A stretch of DNA of 64,000 nucleotides. Source: Candidatus Versatilivorator sp. Its GTDB lineage: Bacteria; Acidobacteriota; Terriglobia; Versatilivoradales; Versatilivoraceae. The notes beneath the pieces are model-generated. The model saw only the letters and a program-made list of their open reading frames with translations. It did not search any database and had not been told where the DNA came from. Positions 29,064 through 38,934 of this stretch are shown piece by piece. The DNA lies in contig OZ242296.1 in NCBI GenBank assembly GCA_965207735.1, positions 3,456,001-3,520,000 of the forward strand, given 5' to 3'. The first letter of the stretch is position 1. Every line of letters begins with the position of its first letter. Position numbers and translations under genes: made by a program.

Positions 29064-31147
29064 CCCATCTTTAACACGGCTTCCAAGTATACGTTTATTA
29101 TCAACAGGTTACAAAAGGCTCAACGCGCAAGTGGCACTACAAACGCGTTGAAACCGGAGATTTTGGAGGAATCAGACGATCATCTTGCGGATCCCTCCAG
29201 GAGAGGGATCGATGCCCAGGGCGTCGTAGATGGCCCTCTGATCGGGTTCGGCCCGTGTGGCCTTGCGGACGTGCAAGGTCCGCCCGTCCTGACGCCGGAA
29301 GGTGACCGTGACCCGCTGCTGTCCTTCCAGGATGCGCCGCAGCGTGGTCCAACTGGAGGCCTCGCCGCGCTGCTTGAGGCGTTTGCGGATGACCTGCACC
29401 AGTTGATAGGCGATGACCGTCAGAAACAGGTGACCTTCCGAGCGCACCGGCTTGTGATGATAGATGGGCCGCAGGCCCAGCTCGGACTTCAGGGAGCGAA
29501 ACACCGCTTCCACGTCGGTCAGAGTCGTGTAGGTACGCCAGAGACTTTCCTCGTCCCAGTCAGTCTGGTTGCTGCGCAGGCAGTAGACCCCCGGATGGGT
29601 GGCCATCGAGCCCTGGCGGGGACGGTGCTTCCATCTCAGCGCTGTCGCCTTGCGGCCGCTCTCGTCGGTGAGGACCTCGATGCTGTAGTGTTGCCCCACC
29701 CCGCGGCTCTGTTCCTTCAGCCGCCCGATCCTCTCCCGGACCTTCTCGACGCCTTTGTGAGTCCGCGGCCGGGAAAGCCCCTCGGAGAGTCGGGTGAGCC
29801 CCTGCTCGAAGCGCCGGCTGAAGCGCTCCACGATGCCCTTCTCCTTCTCAGCCCGCTGCTGTGAGCGGCAGTAGAGACGCACTTCCTGCCCGTCGTCGGA
29901 GATCTCCTTGTGGAGCTGCAGCTCGGCCTTGGAAGCCGTCTCCACCGTCACGGCCGCCTCGGCATCGAACTGCCTCCGGCCCTGGCGGCTGGCCACCAGG
30001 TAGCGATACCCTTCCTCCCTCAACCACTGGATCCGGTCCTCGGTCGCCACCCCCCGATCCATCACCACCAAGGCTCCCCGGGGCGCCTCCAGCGCCTCCA
30101 GCATCCCCTCCAGGGTGCGGGGCTCATCCACCCTACCGGCAAAGACCTCCGAGCGGCGCACAAACCCCGCCCCGTCCAGCACCAACCCCAGCGTCAGCAG
30201 CCGACAGTCGCTGCGCTTGTCCTTCGAGTGGCCCCGCTCGGCCTTGGGCTGATGGCTGGCCGCCCCTTCGAAGAAGGTGTTGGTCAGATCGAACAGGGTG
30301 ACGGTCGGCTCCAGATCGAACAACCCCATGGCCCGGGTGAAGAGGTGACGCTCGATGGCCTCCCGATGCTTCATCAGCGCGTCCGAGGCCCGATACATCT
30401 GCATCAGACTCAGGCTCTCGAAGTCAACCTCCAGCAACTCGCCCAAGCCGCTGCGCCGCCTGAGCCAGCCCCAGGTGGCCCTCTCCGAGCCCGGTCGGGC
30501 CAGACGGCCTACCATGGCCCCCAACGCCGCTGCCCGCATCGGTCCGTTCAGCCCTAACTCGGTCAGCAGATCCCCCAGCCCCAACTGCTCCAGCGCCCAG
30601 CAACCGACCTGCTCCACCCCCACGCTGCGCGGACGTGTCAAGGCCACCGAATCCACCTCGACCGTCTGCAGGTCCTCTGAGGCGGCCTCCCCGCCAACGC
30701 CGGTCACGTCGGCTTCGCCCTCAAGCAAGCGCTGGGCCATGCGTTGGGCTTCCTCCTCCAACGGGGTGGAAGCCACCGGCAAGAGAGGCAACTGACCGGT
30801 GAGGATCTGATCGAGACGGCGGCACAACAAGGGCCAGTCCTCACGGGGGATCGAGAAGTGTCGACCGAGGTTGAGGAGGGTCTGCTGGCGGACCTTGCCA
30901 CTGACGCGATGGGAGCGGACGAGGCGGTGGGTGAAGTAGGTCTGTCCGGAATGGAGGCTGCGGGTCTGGGTGCGTCGGATGAACATGGGAGGGACGCTAC
31001 CAGAGGAGAGAGAGGGGGTCAAGCCCATCCCATACGATTATGGCACTACATTCACCTCCTCAACCAAGAATCAACAACTTACGGGTGGTTTTAGGCTAAA
31101 ATGGGGGTAAAATACCTCAAATCGGCCGTTTCTTTGTTAAAGATGGG
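29064..31147 (-). mobile_element. IS1634-family insertion sequence, 2084 bp
   Basis: 13-bp TIRs cccatctttaaca / tgttaaagatggg; TTAG direct repeats at 29060-29063 and 31148-31151. Confidence 0.92.
29172..30986 (-). CDS. IS1634-family DDE transposase
   Basis: MFIRRT start; FDLTNTFFEG, GHSKDKRSD, VVMDRG, VEAVFRSLKSELGLRPIYH. Confidence 0.92.
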   Translation of the reverse strand: MFIRRTQTRSLHSGQTYFTHRLVRSHRVSGKVRQQTLLNLGRHFSIPREDWPLLCRRLDQILTGQLPLLPVASTPLEEEAQRMAQRLLEGEADVTGVGGEAASEDLQTVEVDSVALTRPRSVGVEQVGCWALEQLGLGDLLTELGLNGPMRAAALGAMVGRLARPGSERATWGWLRRRSGLGELLEVDFESLSLMQMYRASDALMKHREAIERHLFTRAMGLFDLEPTVTLFDLTNTFFEGAASHQPKAERGHSKDKRSDCRLLTLGLVLDGAGFVRRSEVFAGRVDEPRTLEGMLEALEAPRGALVVMDRGVATEDRIQWLREEGYRYLVASRQGRRQFDAEAAVTVETASKAELQLHKEISDDGQEVRLYCRSQQRAEKEKGIVERFSRRFEQGLTRLSEGLSRPRTHKGVEKVRERIGRLKEQSRGVGQHYSIEVLTDESGRKATALRWKHRPRQGSMATHPGVYCLRSNQTDWDEESLWRTYTTLTDVEAVFRSLKSELGLRPIYHHKPVRSEGHLFLTVIAYQLVQVIRKRLKQRGEASSWTTLRRILEGQQRVTVTFRRQDGRTLHVRKATRAEPDQRAIYDALGIDPSPGGIRKMIV

Positions 31148-31151
31148 TTAG

Positions 31152-32195
31152 TCATGTAGAACGATCTACAACGAATGGCTGCCGACCGGCAACTTCGGTC
31201 ATTTGTAGATGTTTCGCCTTGAAAAACTTTATGAGCGCTTGAGCGTACTTGTCCATAGGCTCCAAATCGACGATCACTGATAACTCCTGGCCTGAGCAGG
31301 TCAAAGCCACTCCTGACAACTCAAATTTTTGGTTTACAGTACGTTTGGCTGTAGGTAACAAGACCCAATATCGGCCCTGAAAACTGAAGGGATAACGTAC
31401 CATCTTCGGCCTAGTTTCGTCCGAAAACACCCCGATACACGCCCTGCAGTCAAACCAAGAATTATAATCGGAGATTATGAGCCCATGCTCGTTGAGCACG
31501 TTGAGGTTGCCAAAGTCGAGTCCGTATTCTTGCAGCGCATTGCTTGCTGCATTACTGCCCAATGAAGGAACTCTGGCATCAATGAACTGATTCTCATCCA
31601 GTCTGATTGATACACAGGCAGAGCACAGCGTTCTAAAAAGGGCAGCGGACGCCCGATCAAGATTTTTCAGAATGCTTAGAGTTTTGATGGACGTGCTTCT
31701 GGGCCGTTCAACCTCGCCAGCGAGTACTTTCGCCCAAAGTGTTTGCATCTCGCGCGAAGATACATCTTGTATTTCGCTAAAGAACCGAGCAGTCCAGTCG
31801 TGATCAGGCTCTTGATTCGGGACGTCTTTTCCCCCTAGCTGCGCGGCAGCTTGCCTCACGACCGCTCCAATATTTCCTTGTCTCTTCTCCTCTTGGAATT
31901 GAATTCTCTGGTTCACCGTCTCGGCAATGGTCAACTGTCCCCGTATGGCTGTGTTTGAGGGTGTTAGTCTCTCGCGCGCGTCCGCTTGTGCGATTGCGAT
32001 AGTCTGCAATGCGCTTGATTGCCCTTCAGCCAGAATTTTTTGGGCCGTTACGTCGCCATCTGCAGCTATCCGCTTAGCTTCAGCTTCTCGCCGTGCTCTC
32101 CAAGACGCCAACATTGGACCAGCAACGCTACCTATTCCGCTCGCTGCATAATCCAATAGTTTTTCTAGCGCAGGAACATTTACGTTTAAGTCCAC
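31152..32195 (-). CDS. DUF2806-domain protein
   Basis: EEKRQGNI...PDHDWTARFFSEIQDVSSREMQTLWAKVLAGEVERP.S.S.KTL signature. Confidence 0.8.
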   Translation of the reverse strand: MDLNVNVPALEKLLDYAASGIGSVAGPMLASWRARREAEAKRIAADGDVTAQKILAEGQSSALQTIAIAQADARERLTPSNTAIRGQLTIAETVNQRIQFQEEKRQGNIGAVVRQAAAQLGGKDVPNQEPDHDWTARFFSEIQDVSSREMQTLWAKVLAGEVERPRSTSIKTLSILKNLDRASAALFRTLCSACVSIRLDENQFIDARVPSLGSNAASNALQEYGLDFGNLNVLNEHGLIISDYNSWFDCRACIGVFSDETRPKMVRYPFSFQGRYWVLLPTAKRTVNQKFELSGVALTCSGQELSVIVDLEPMDKYAQALIKFFKAKHLQMTEVAGRQPFVVDRST

Positions 32196-32337
32196 AGCCT
32201 TTGCTCCCGACCGGTTGGGTCCAAACTACCCATGGCTCTGTTATCTGACCATCAACTAGGATTGTGCTCTGTTTCCCCCAACCGGTAGCTTCCCAGAGAA
32301 TACCTTCGGCAGCAGCGAGTCACTGAGGGCGGCGAGA

Positions 32338-33183
32338 CTACCACTCAATTGGAGTCAACCTTGGACTCAGTTTGTCGGCAACTTTGGGCACCCAACTGTC
32401 ATTGTGGCGATAAAACACGAAGCGCTCCGCCATAAAGGCCACACGACGATCAATTTCCTTGACTAGCGGCGGCCTCGCCTGAACGAAAAAAAGCCCCTCA
32501 CGCGGCCCCTGCCAACAGCCGTATAATGCAACGTGAGATGACAAAGGGAAACTGAACTCCCCAAAAGGCGGTTTCAACCCGTACCCCTCATCGAAGAACA
32601 CCGGATTGTCACAGGTGAGAAAGTAATGTGAGTCGTCTGCTATGATAACTCTCCATGTCATGGAAAAGATGCAGTGAATCATAACCGGCGAAATCCATTG
32701 ACGACGGATAAGAGCGTCTTTCATTGAAAGTCGCTTGCTGTCAAATTTCCCCTCCCATTCCTCGATCTCGTGTAGTAGTTCTTCCTGCGATAAATTGAAT
32801 CTCGATGCCTCTAACCCAAGATTTCCTTTGATCTCTGATAACAGTTCGCTTTTCACTTGAGGGGCTTTCTCAATCATTTTTCGCCTATTACGCGGCCCCC
32901 TCTTGATCATTGATTCCAAATAAACTGCGACTGCTCGTCTACCTTCCACTCCAACCTCCTGGCCATTTCGCAGTCGATCGAGCGGATCTTGAGCGGGACC
33001 TTCGATCTGGTCGCTCAACGCACGCTCATCTTCCTCACTATAAAATCCGCTCGATTGCGCCACATTCTTAATCGGAAGTCGTTTAAACTCCTTCGAACAT
33101 TTGTCATACATCCAGCTTTTGTCCGGGTCCTCCGGTGTTGCAAAGTGGCGTAGGTAGTGTTGTGGAAGGTAGTGCTGTCCCAT
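32338..33183 (-). CDS. DUF4238-domain protein
   Basis: N-terminal QHYLPQHYLRHF, FYS..E, FLTCDNPV, FPLSS motifs. Confidence 0.8.
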   Translation of the reverse strand: MGQHYLPQHYLRHFATPEDPDKSWMYDKCSKEFKRLPIKNVAQSSGFYSEEDERALSDQIEGPAQDPLDRLRNGQEVGVEGRRAVAVYLESMIKRGPRNRRKMIEKAPQVKSELLSEIKGNLGLEASRFNLSQEELLHEIEEWEGKFDSKRLSMKDALIRRQWISPVMIHCIFSMTWRVIIADDSHYFLTCDNPVFFDEGYGLKPPFGEFSFPLSSHVALYGCWQGPREGLFFVQARPPLVKEIDRRVAFMAERFVFYRHNDSWVPKVADKLSPRLTPIEW

Positions 33184-33234
33184 TGTTCCTGAAGTTTCAG
33201 CTTAATCGACGTGAACGATGCCGAGGTCCGAGGT

Positions 33235-34584
33235 TCAACTTGTCTTGTGCGCCGCTTGCTTTCCGTCCCGTAACTTGCCCGAGATGAGTTTAGGCAGAAG
33301 CGCGTCTCGGACAGCTGTGAGGAAACGGGATTCTTGAATTGAAGAAACGATGCGATCAATCGGTGGCTGAATCGACCTAGTGAAGACCGCCGCCAATTTC
33401 TGACGGGGCAATGGAACTTGATAACGGGACATGTCGGTCCAGTTCGTGCGCGGCATTCTTGTCCCAGTGGATGTGGCGTCTGTGTAATGCACAAACTCGG
33501 AGCTCGACGCATGACCGAGCACGAAACCAAACCATTCATCGGACACTGGAGAGATGACCACAATGTCGGTTGAACATACACCTCCAATAGGAGCGACACC
33601 TACCTTGTGGAAGTACGGCCGGAGTTTGCCGAAGAGAATGTCGCGTTGCTCGAACCTGAACTTACTGCTAGCCAAACCACCCGCCGTACCCCATTGCGAA
33701 AGTGCGATACAACGCTTGGGCATGTGCTCAAGCGCGATGTAGGGGGTGCCGGCGTCAATTTGTTCTGGACTCACTCCACGCCGACGTTGGGCTGCACACT
33801 CCCCCAACGGCTTCACCTCCCATCCCTCCGGTATCGGACCGAGTTCAGAGTCCACAAAGCTGTCGGGGAATAGGGCCGCGATGTCGGGTTCCATGCTGTT
33901 GAGGTAAGCGCGGGCCCGTTCGACACTCCAATCATTCCCCTCTTTATGGGGAGTCGCAGCGTGATGTTTGAGGGTGGCTTTGGCGTGGACGGGGTCGAAG
34001 TCGACGAACCAGGATTTGAACAGCGCCCGAGCCATCTCCTCCAGCGTCTGGTTCATCCGCCGGTTCAACTCGATCTTGTCGTCGAGCGAACCGAGGATGT
34101 GGGCGATGGCGCGCTGTTCCGGGAGAGAAGGCACTGGCAGACAGAAACCTGGAATGTCAGCGCATTTCAAACTGTCGAAGACCGCTCCAACGTTGATATA
34201 CATGGCAACTTGCTCCCACCATCGAGGACCACGCACAAGCCAACGCAAGAAAGGCTTGAAGATCTTTGTCCCATCGGATCGGAGCAAGACCAGATTCTGA
34301 CCCAGCGCGAATTGGAGACTCTTCGGCACAAATCCGGTCTCTCCGGGATTGCACCGTCGAGAGAGAACGATATCGAATGGTTCGGGATGAGCTTTCCGCG
34401 TCCATTCATCAAAGTGTTTACGTGTGATCCGGCGAACTCCATTCAGATTGATTCGGCCGTCCTTGACCTGAGGGATAGCGACGTAGGGATAACCGCGTTC
34501 TGAAGCCGGTGGAGTACGGTGCTCGCAGTCGATCAGTGAAACACCCGCCTCACGCAGCGACATAATCAGCCACTCACTCGCCAT
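33235..34584 (-). CDS. hsdS: Type I R-M specificity subunit S
   Basis: Two TRDs with conserved spacer EQRAIAHILGSLDDKIELNRRMNQTLE..A.ALFKSWFVDF; C-terminal RDALLPKLISG. Confidence 0.95.
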   Translation of the reverse strand: MASEWLIMSLREAGVSLIDCEHRTPPASERGYPYVAIPQVKDGRINLNGVRRITRKHFDEWTRKAHPEPFDIVLSRRCNPGETGFVPKSLQFALGQNLVLLRSDGTKIFKPFLRWLVRGPRWWEQVAMYINVGAVFDSLKCADIPGFCLPVPSLPEQRAIAHILGSLDDKIELNRRMNQTLEEMARALFKSWFVDFDPVHAKATLKHHAATPHKEGNDWSVERARAYLNSMEPDIAALFPDSFVDSELGPIPEGWEVKPLGECAAQRRRGVSPEQIDAGTPYIALEHMPKRCIALSQWGTAGGLASSKFRFEQRDILFGKLRPYFHKVGVAPIGGVCSTDIVVISPVSDEWFGFVLGHASSSEFVHYTDATSTGTRMPRTNWTDMSRYQVPLPRQKLAAVFTRSIQPPIDRIVSSIQESRFLTAVRDALLPKLISGKLRDGKQAAHKTS

Positions 34585-34587
34585 TCC

Positions 34588-34908
34588 TTACTCCTCTCTC
34601 CCCACCAACACCACATGATCGCGTTCGATCTCGTGGTGAAAGCTCTGCGGCAGCCGCGCCCAGTCCCGCGCTTCCACCAGGAAAGGAATGGTGGAGTCAC
34701 GTAGCGCCTCCTCGAAGTCGGCCAACCGTGAGAGATCAATCTTGGCGAGGCCGGAGCCGCGTAACACCAGATCCAGGTCGCTGCCTTCGTGGCTTCGGCC
34801 ACTGACGCGGCTGCCATAGGCCCACACCTCCACACCGGGCAGATGCCGGCGCAGCAGCGCCTCGATCTGCTGCCGGTGCCTCGGCGACAGATGGAACCGC
34901 TCAGTCAT
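34588..34908 (-). CDS. Minimal nucleotidyltransferase (MNT antitoxin)
   Basis: VWAYGSRVSGRSHEGSDLDL (GS-x10-DxD). Confidence 0.9.
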   Translation of the reverse strand: MTERFHLSPRHRQQIEALLRRHLPGVEVWAYGSRVSGRSHEGSDLDLVLRGSGLAKIDLSRLADFEEALRDSTIPFLVEARDWARLPQSFHHEIERDHVVLVGREE

Positions 34909-35323
34909 CTTCCTCCTCTTCGATCACCTCGGCCAATTCCCTTGCATCGGCGAGAAAGGCTGGCAAGATCTCCAGGGTGGATTCGGCAAAGTCTTTGCCG
35001 TAATTGTGGGCGGTATCGTTGCGATTGTCGCGGTACTTCAGCCAGCGTTCGCAGGTGTCCAGGTCGATCAGGTCATGCTTGGCCGCGTGCCGGAACAGAT
35101 CCTTGAATACAAGGCGGTCCGCTTGGCGGTTGCTGGCGAAATAGGCGCCGAGACGCTTCTTCAGCAACTTGCCGCTCTGCTCCAGCACAATTTCAAACTC
35201 CTTGACGCAGGCCGCGCGATAGATGTCGTAGGTAATGTCATCCGGGTCGCTGCGCTTGAGTTCATTCAAGGCGCGCTCCAACGTGTTGAGGCAGCGTCTT
35301 AGGAATTCCGTGTTGATGTTCAT
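34901..35323 (-). CDS. HEPN toxin (nucleotidyltransferase substrate-binding, HI0074-like)
   Basis: [20 protein letters not shown]; RNDTAH (R-x4-H) motif. Confidence 0.9.
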   Translation of the reverse strand: MNINTEFLRRCLNTLERALNELKRSDPDDITYDIYRAACVKEFEIVLEQSGKLLKKRLGAYFASNRQADRLVFKDLFRHAAKHDLIDLDTCERWLKYRDNRNDTAHNYGKDFAESTLEILPAFLADARELAEVIEEEEDD

Positions 35324-36948
35324 GATCCCTCACCATCCCCAAAGCCCAACTGCGTCAGGTTTTTCTCAATGGCCGCATCCAGTCTAACTGCCTCGGCCTG
35401 CTGCTTGCGCCACTGGGCGGCGAGACGCTTCATCTTTTCCTCGAACGGCTCGCCGTCGTCTTCCTGCGCTTCCGCCCCGACGTAGCGGCCGGGGGTGAGC
35501 ACATGGCCGTGCTTGCGAACCTCCTCCAGGGTGACGCTCTTGCAGAAGCCCGGAACGTCCTTGTACTCGTCAGCGCCACCCTCATCCCGTTCCTCCTCCT
35601 TCGAGGGAGCGGAAACACGGTTGCGCCAAGCCTGGTAGGTTTCGGCGATGCGGGCAATGTCCTCCTGGGTCAACTCGCGGTGGGTGCGGTCCACCATGCG
35701 GCCGAGCTTCCTTGCATCGATGAACAGGATCTCACCGCTCCGCTCACGTCGGCGCGCCAGAAACCAGAGGCAGGCGGGAATCTGGGTGGAGTAGAAGAGT
35801 TGGCCCGGCAAAGCGATCATGCAGTCCACCAGGTTGGCTTCGATCAGGGACCGGCGGATGTTCCCCTCGCCCGACTGGCTTGACGACATGGAGCCGTTGG
35901 CGAGCACGAAGCCGGCCGCGCCGGCGGGCGACAGGTGGTGGACCATGTGCTGCACCCAGGCGAAGTTGGCGTTGCCCTTGGGTGGGACGCCGTATTGCCA
36001 GCGCTGGTCCTGGGTGAGCCGCTGGCCGCCCCAGTCGGAGACGTTGAAGGGTGGATTGGCCAGGATGAAGTCGGCCTTGAGGTCGGGATGGCGGTCGTTG
36101 TGGAAGCTGTCGCCGTGGGCGATCTGGCCCTCGATGCCCCGAATGGCCAGGTTCATCTTGGCCAGTCGCCAGGTGGTGTAATTGGATTCCTGGCCGTATA
36201 TGGAGATGTCGCCCCTGGCCTGTCCGCCGTTGCCGTTGCCGCTGGCGTGAGCCCGTATGAATTCCACCGACTGGACGAACATGCCGGAGGAACCGCAACA
36301 GGGATCGTAAACGCGACCCCGCCAGGGCTCCAGCATCTCCACCAGCAGCTTGACTACGCAGCGGGGGGTGTAGAACTCGCCGCCCTTCTTGCCCTCGGCG
36401 CTGGCGAACTGGGAGAGAAAGTACTCGTAGACACGGCCCAGCACGTCCTTGGATTGGGCTTCCTTGTCTCCCACCCGGATGTTGCTGACGAGGTCGATGA
36501 GTTGGCCCAGTCGCTGCTTGTCGAGGGAGGGGCGGGCGTAGTCCTTAGGCAGCACGTCCTTGAGCACCCGGTTGTCGTGCTCGATGCCGGCCATGGCGCC
36601 GTCGACGAGCTGGCCGATGGTAGACTGGCGGGCTTGGGACTTCAGATTCGCCCAGCGTGCCTCCGGCGGCACCCAAAAGATATTCTCGGCGATGTACTCG
36701 TCACGGTCCTCGGCGGCCTCGCTGCCCCATTCGGCCACAACCGCCGCATGGCGCTCTTCGAAGGCGTCGGAGATGTACTTCAGAAAGACGAGGCCCAAGA
36801 CGACGTGCTTGTACTCGGCGGCGTCCATGTTGCCGCGCAAGGCGTCCGCCATCTTCCAAAGCTGGGCCTCGTAGCCCGTGATGGCGCCGTCGCCCCCGGG
36901 CTTTGCGTCTGTCTTGGAGGCTGTTTTCCCCGATTGTGCGCTTGCCAT
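35320..36948 (-). CDS. hsdM: Type I R-M N6-adenine methyltransferase subunit M
   Basis: [41 protein letters not shown]. Confidence 0.96.
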   Translation of the reverse strand: MASAQSGKTASKTDAKPGGDGAITGYEAQLWKMADALRGNMDAAEYKHVVLGLVFLKYISDAFEERHAAVVAEWGSEAAEDRDEYIAENIFWVPPEARWANLKSQARQSTIGQLVDGAMAGIEHDNRVLKDVLPKDYARPSLDKQRLGQLIDLVSNIRVGDKEAQSKDVLGRVYEYFLSQFASAEGKKGGEFYTPRCVVKLLVEMLEPWRGRVYDPCCGSSGMFVQSVEFIRAHASGNGNGGQARGDISIYGQESNYTTWRLAKMNLAIRGIEGQIAHGDSFHNDRHPDLKADFILANPPFNVSDWGGQRLTQDQRWQYGVPPKGNANFAWVQHMVHHLSPAGAAGFVLANGSMSSSQSGEGNIRRSLIEANLVDCMIALPGQLFYSTQIPACLWFLARRRERSGEILFIDARKLGRMVDRTHRELTQEDIARIAETYQAWRNRVSAPSKEEERDEGGADEYKDVPGFCKSVTLEEVRKHGHVLTPGRYVGAEAQEDDGEPFEEKMKRLAAQWRKQQAEAVRLDAAIEKNLTQLGFGDGEGS

Positions 36949-37152
36949 GGTTTCCTTTTCTCTCAGGCAATCGATGGGTCGTTAACTGCTTCCGGCTCTG
37001 GCCTCCGGAACTGCCGGGCAACTACACCGGGTGGTCCTTCCTTGGAGTTCTCTTCACTGTAATCGTGAGCCGTACCGATGCAGTCGTCGGCGCAATCCAA
37101 CCCTTCCTGCAGCGGCACGGCAAACCGCTGCACAGTTGACGTCGCCCCGGTG

Positions 37153-37443
37153 CTACCTGCCCGCGGCCGCCGTGGGCAGTTCACGCACGGCAGCGCCGGC
37201 CCGTTGCTGAGCGACGGCGAGGTCGAATTGTGTCTGGAGGTTCAGCCAGAATTGGGGGTCTATTCCGAACCAGTGCCCGAACCGTAACGCGGTATCGCCG
37301 GTTACGGAACGCTTGCCGGCGATGATTTGACTTACCCGGTTGGGTGGCACATCAATCTGACGGGCAAATGCCGTAGGGCTCACGCCAAACTCGGCCAGCT
37401 CGTCTCTCAGAATCTCGCCAGGGTGAACGACGCGCTTCAACAT
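37153..37443 (-). CDS. higA: HigA antitoxin
   Basis: HPGEILRDEL...VTGDTALRF...FWLNLQTQFDL. Confidence 0.93.
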   Translation of the reverse strand: MLKRVVHPGEILRDELAEFGVSPTAFARQIDVPPNRVSQIIAGKRSVTGDTALRFGHWFGIDPQFWLNLQTQFDLAVAQQRAGAAVRELPTAAAGR

Positions 37444-37463
37444 GCCAACGTCCCTCCTCTCGA

Positions 37464-37745
37464 CTAATGGTAGTCCACAATCTCAACGCCGGTTGGCCCC
37501 GGACCATCGGGCCAAGCAAAGCAGATGCGCCATTGCCGATTGATGCGGATGGAATACTGTCCTTCTCTCTCGCCACTGAGGGCTTCCAGGCGATTGCTTG
37601 GCAGTGCCCTCAGGGTGTACAGCGAGGGCGCTGCGTTCAGGATGGCCAGCCGCTTGGATGCTTGCAGTTCGAACCCCTGGAATGCGGCTACGAACTCGCC
37701 GGCGGCGAAGCGCTCCGTGCGCTTGTCCCTATAGCTGAGTATCAT
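37464..37745 (-). CDS. higB: HigB toxin (RelE/ParE plasmid-killer family)
   Basis: MILSYRDKRTE...PSNRLEALSGEREGQYSIRINRQWRICF...VEIVDYH. Confidence 0.93.
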   Translation of the reverse strand: MILSYRDKRTERFAAGEFVAAFQGFELQASKRLAILNAAPSLYTLRALPSNRLEALSGEREGQYSIRINRQWRICFAWPDGPGPTGVEIVDYH

Positions 37746-37753
37746 GCGGGAGT

Positions 37754-37791
37754 AGCATATGGACTATGACGCTTGACGTCAAGAGTCATAG
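37754..37791 (-). promoter_or_regulatory. higBA promoter with overlapping 28-bp palindromic operator
   Basis: Minus-strand TTGACG-17-TATGCT ending 8 nt before the higB ATG; palindrome ctatgacgcttgacgtcaagagtcatag at 37764-37791. Confidence 0.7.
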
Positions 37792-38184
37792 GGGTTGAAC
37801 ACCGGAACGCCCGTCGGCTCGAAGTGCTTGACGTTGCGGATCACCACGGTCAGGCCGGGCTCCAGCGCCGTGGCGGCAATGATCAGGTCCGCCGCGCCCA
37901 AGGTCGCCGGACAGACGCCCCCACCGGCGTGCAGTGGGGACGTCGACGTCGAGAACCCGGTCGCCGTACCAGGCGAGCACTCTGTCAAGCCAGATGGACA
38001 ACTCCCGGGCGAACGATGGGTCACGGCGCTGCTGTTGGGCGATTCCATGCTCTATTTCGCCAATGGTCACTGCGCTCAGGTACAGGTCTGCCGTCCGCTG
38101 GGCCTGCAACCACCGGACCATCTCCGGATGGCGGTCCCGTCGTCGCAGCGCCGACAGCACGTCGGTGTCAATCAGGAACATCAC
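37779..38184 (-). pseudogene. vapC: Frameshifted VapC/PIN toxin
   Basis: MFLIDTDVLS...RRWGRLSGDLG in one frame; ADLIIAATALE..LTVVIRNVKHF...VFNPYDS* continues in another frame near 37895. Confidence 0.85.
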
Positions 38185-38435
38185 AGGTCCAGCGGGCGGG
38201 TCGGTAATGGCAGTCTGTCGAAATCCTGGTCATCCCGCGGGATTTCCAGCAGCAACCCGGCCAGCGTCGGCGCATTGGCTTTCTCCAAACGGCACAGGCG
38301 CTCGTACTCTTCTGCCGCCAGCACGACGACGGCAGGCTTGCCACGGCGGGTCACCCGCTGTGGTGCGCCGCCGAGGGCGGCGTCGACCACGGCGCTGAAG
38401 CGGTTCTTGGCGTCCTGCAAGGGCCAGTCGGTCAT
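38181..38435 (-). CDS. Phd/YefM antitoxin
   Basis: WPLQDAKNRFSAVVDAA..G.PQRVTRRGKPAVVV. Confidence 0.9.
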   Translation of the reverse strand: MTDWPLQDAKNRFSAVVDAALGGAPQRVTRRGKPAVVVLAAEEYERLCRLEKANAPTLAGLLLEIPRDDQDFDRLPLPTRPLDL

Positions 38436-38527
38436 GTGTGTTCTCCTGTCTAGACTAACTGGCTAGATTTTGCTGCAGGGCGGGGCACAGCTTCAAGAGG
38501 CATAACCACTTGCGGAAAGCGTCTCCA

Positions 38528-38782
38528 TCAATCCAGCCCATCGGCAACCGCCGCCTCCAGAGCGCTCCAGTCTTCCTGTTCAGCGGCCATGGCGCCATAG
38601 GTCTCTTCCCAGGAGAGCCTGTTCTTTTGCTTGCTATACAAAAGGACTCCGTCCTCCCTCTCCTCCAGGACAAGCGTTCCGCTCCAGCCATGCCTTTGCA
38701 AAAGGACCCTTGGGAGTACGATTGCTTTGGAGTGGCCGATAGCAATCAGCTTGACGACTCTTGTAATCCGTGGTTTGGCCAT
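38528..38782 (-). CDS. AbrB/MazE-type antitoxin (orphan)
   Basis: KLIAIGHSKAIVLPRVLL...LSWEETY.AMAAEQEDW...ADGLD; followed by a TGATG overlap into an 11-codon stub. Confidence 0.75.
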   Translation of the reverse strand: MAKPRITRVVKLIAIGHSKAIVLPRVLLQRHGWSGTLVLEEREDGVLLYSKQKNRLSWEETYGAMAAEQEDWSALEAAVADGLD

Positions 38783-38934
38783 TTTCAAGGGTCCATTGAA
38801 CAAGCAAACGAAATTACAGCAATTACCATCTCGGCCGCCGTGTCGCTTGATTGACGTGCCTAAGATAAAAAAATCGTACCATAATGGGCGGTCGGCTAGT
38901 CGGCCGGAAGCAGGTGCCCGATCGGGGGTAGGTC

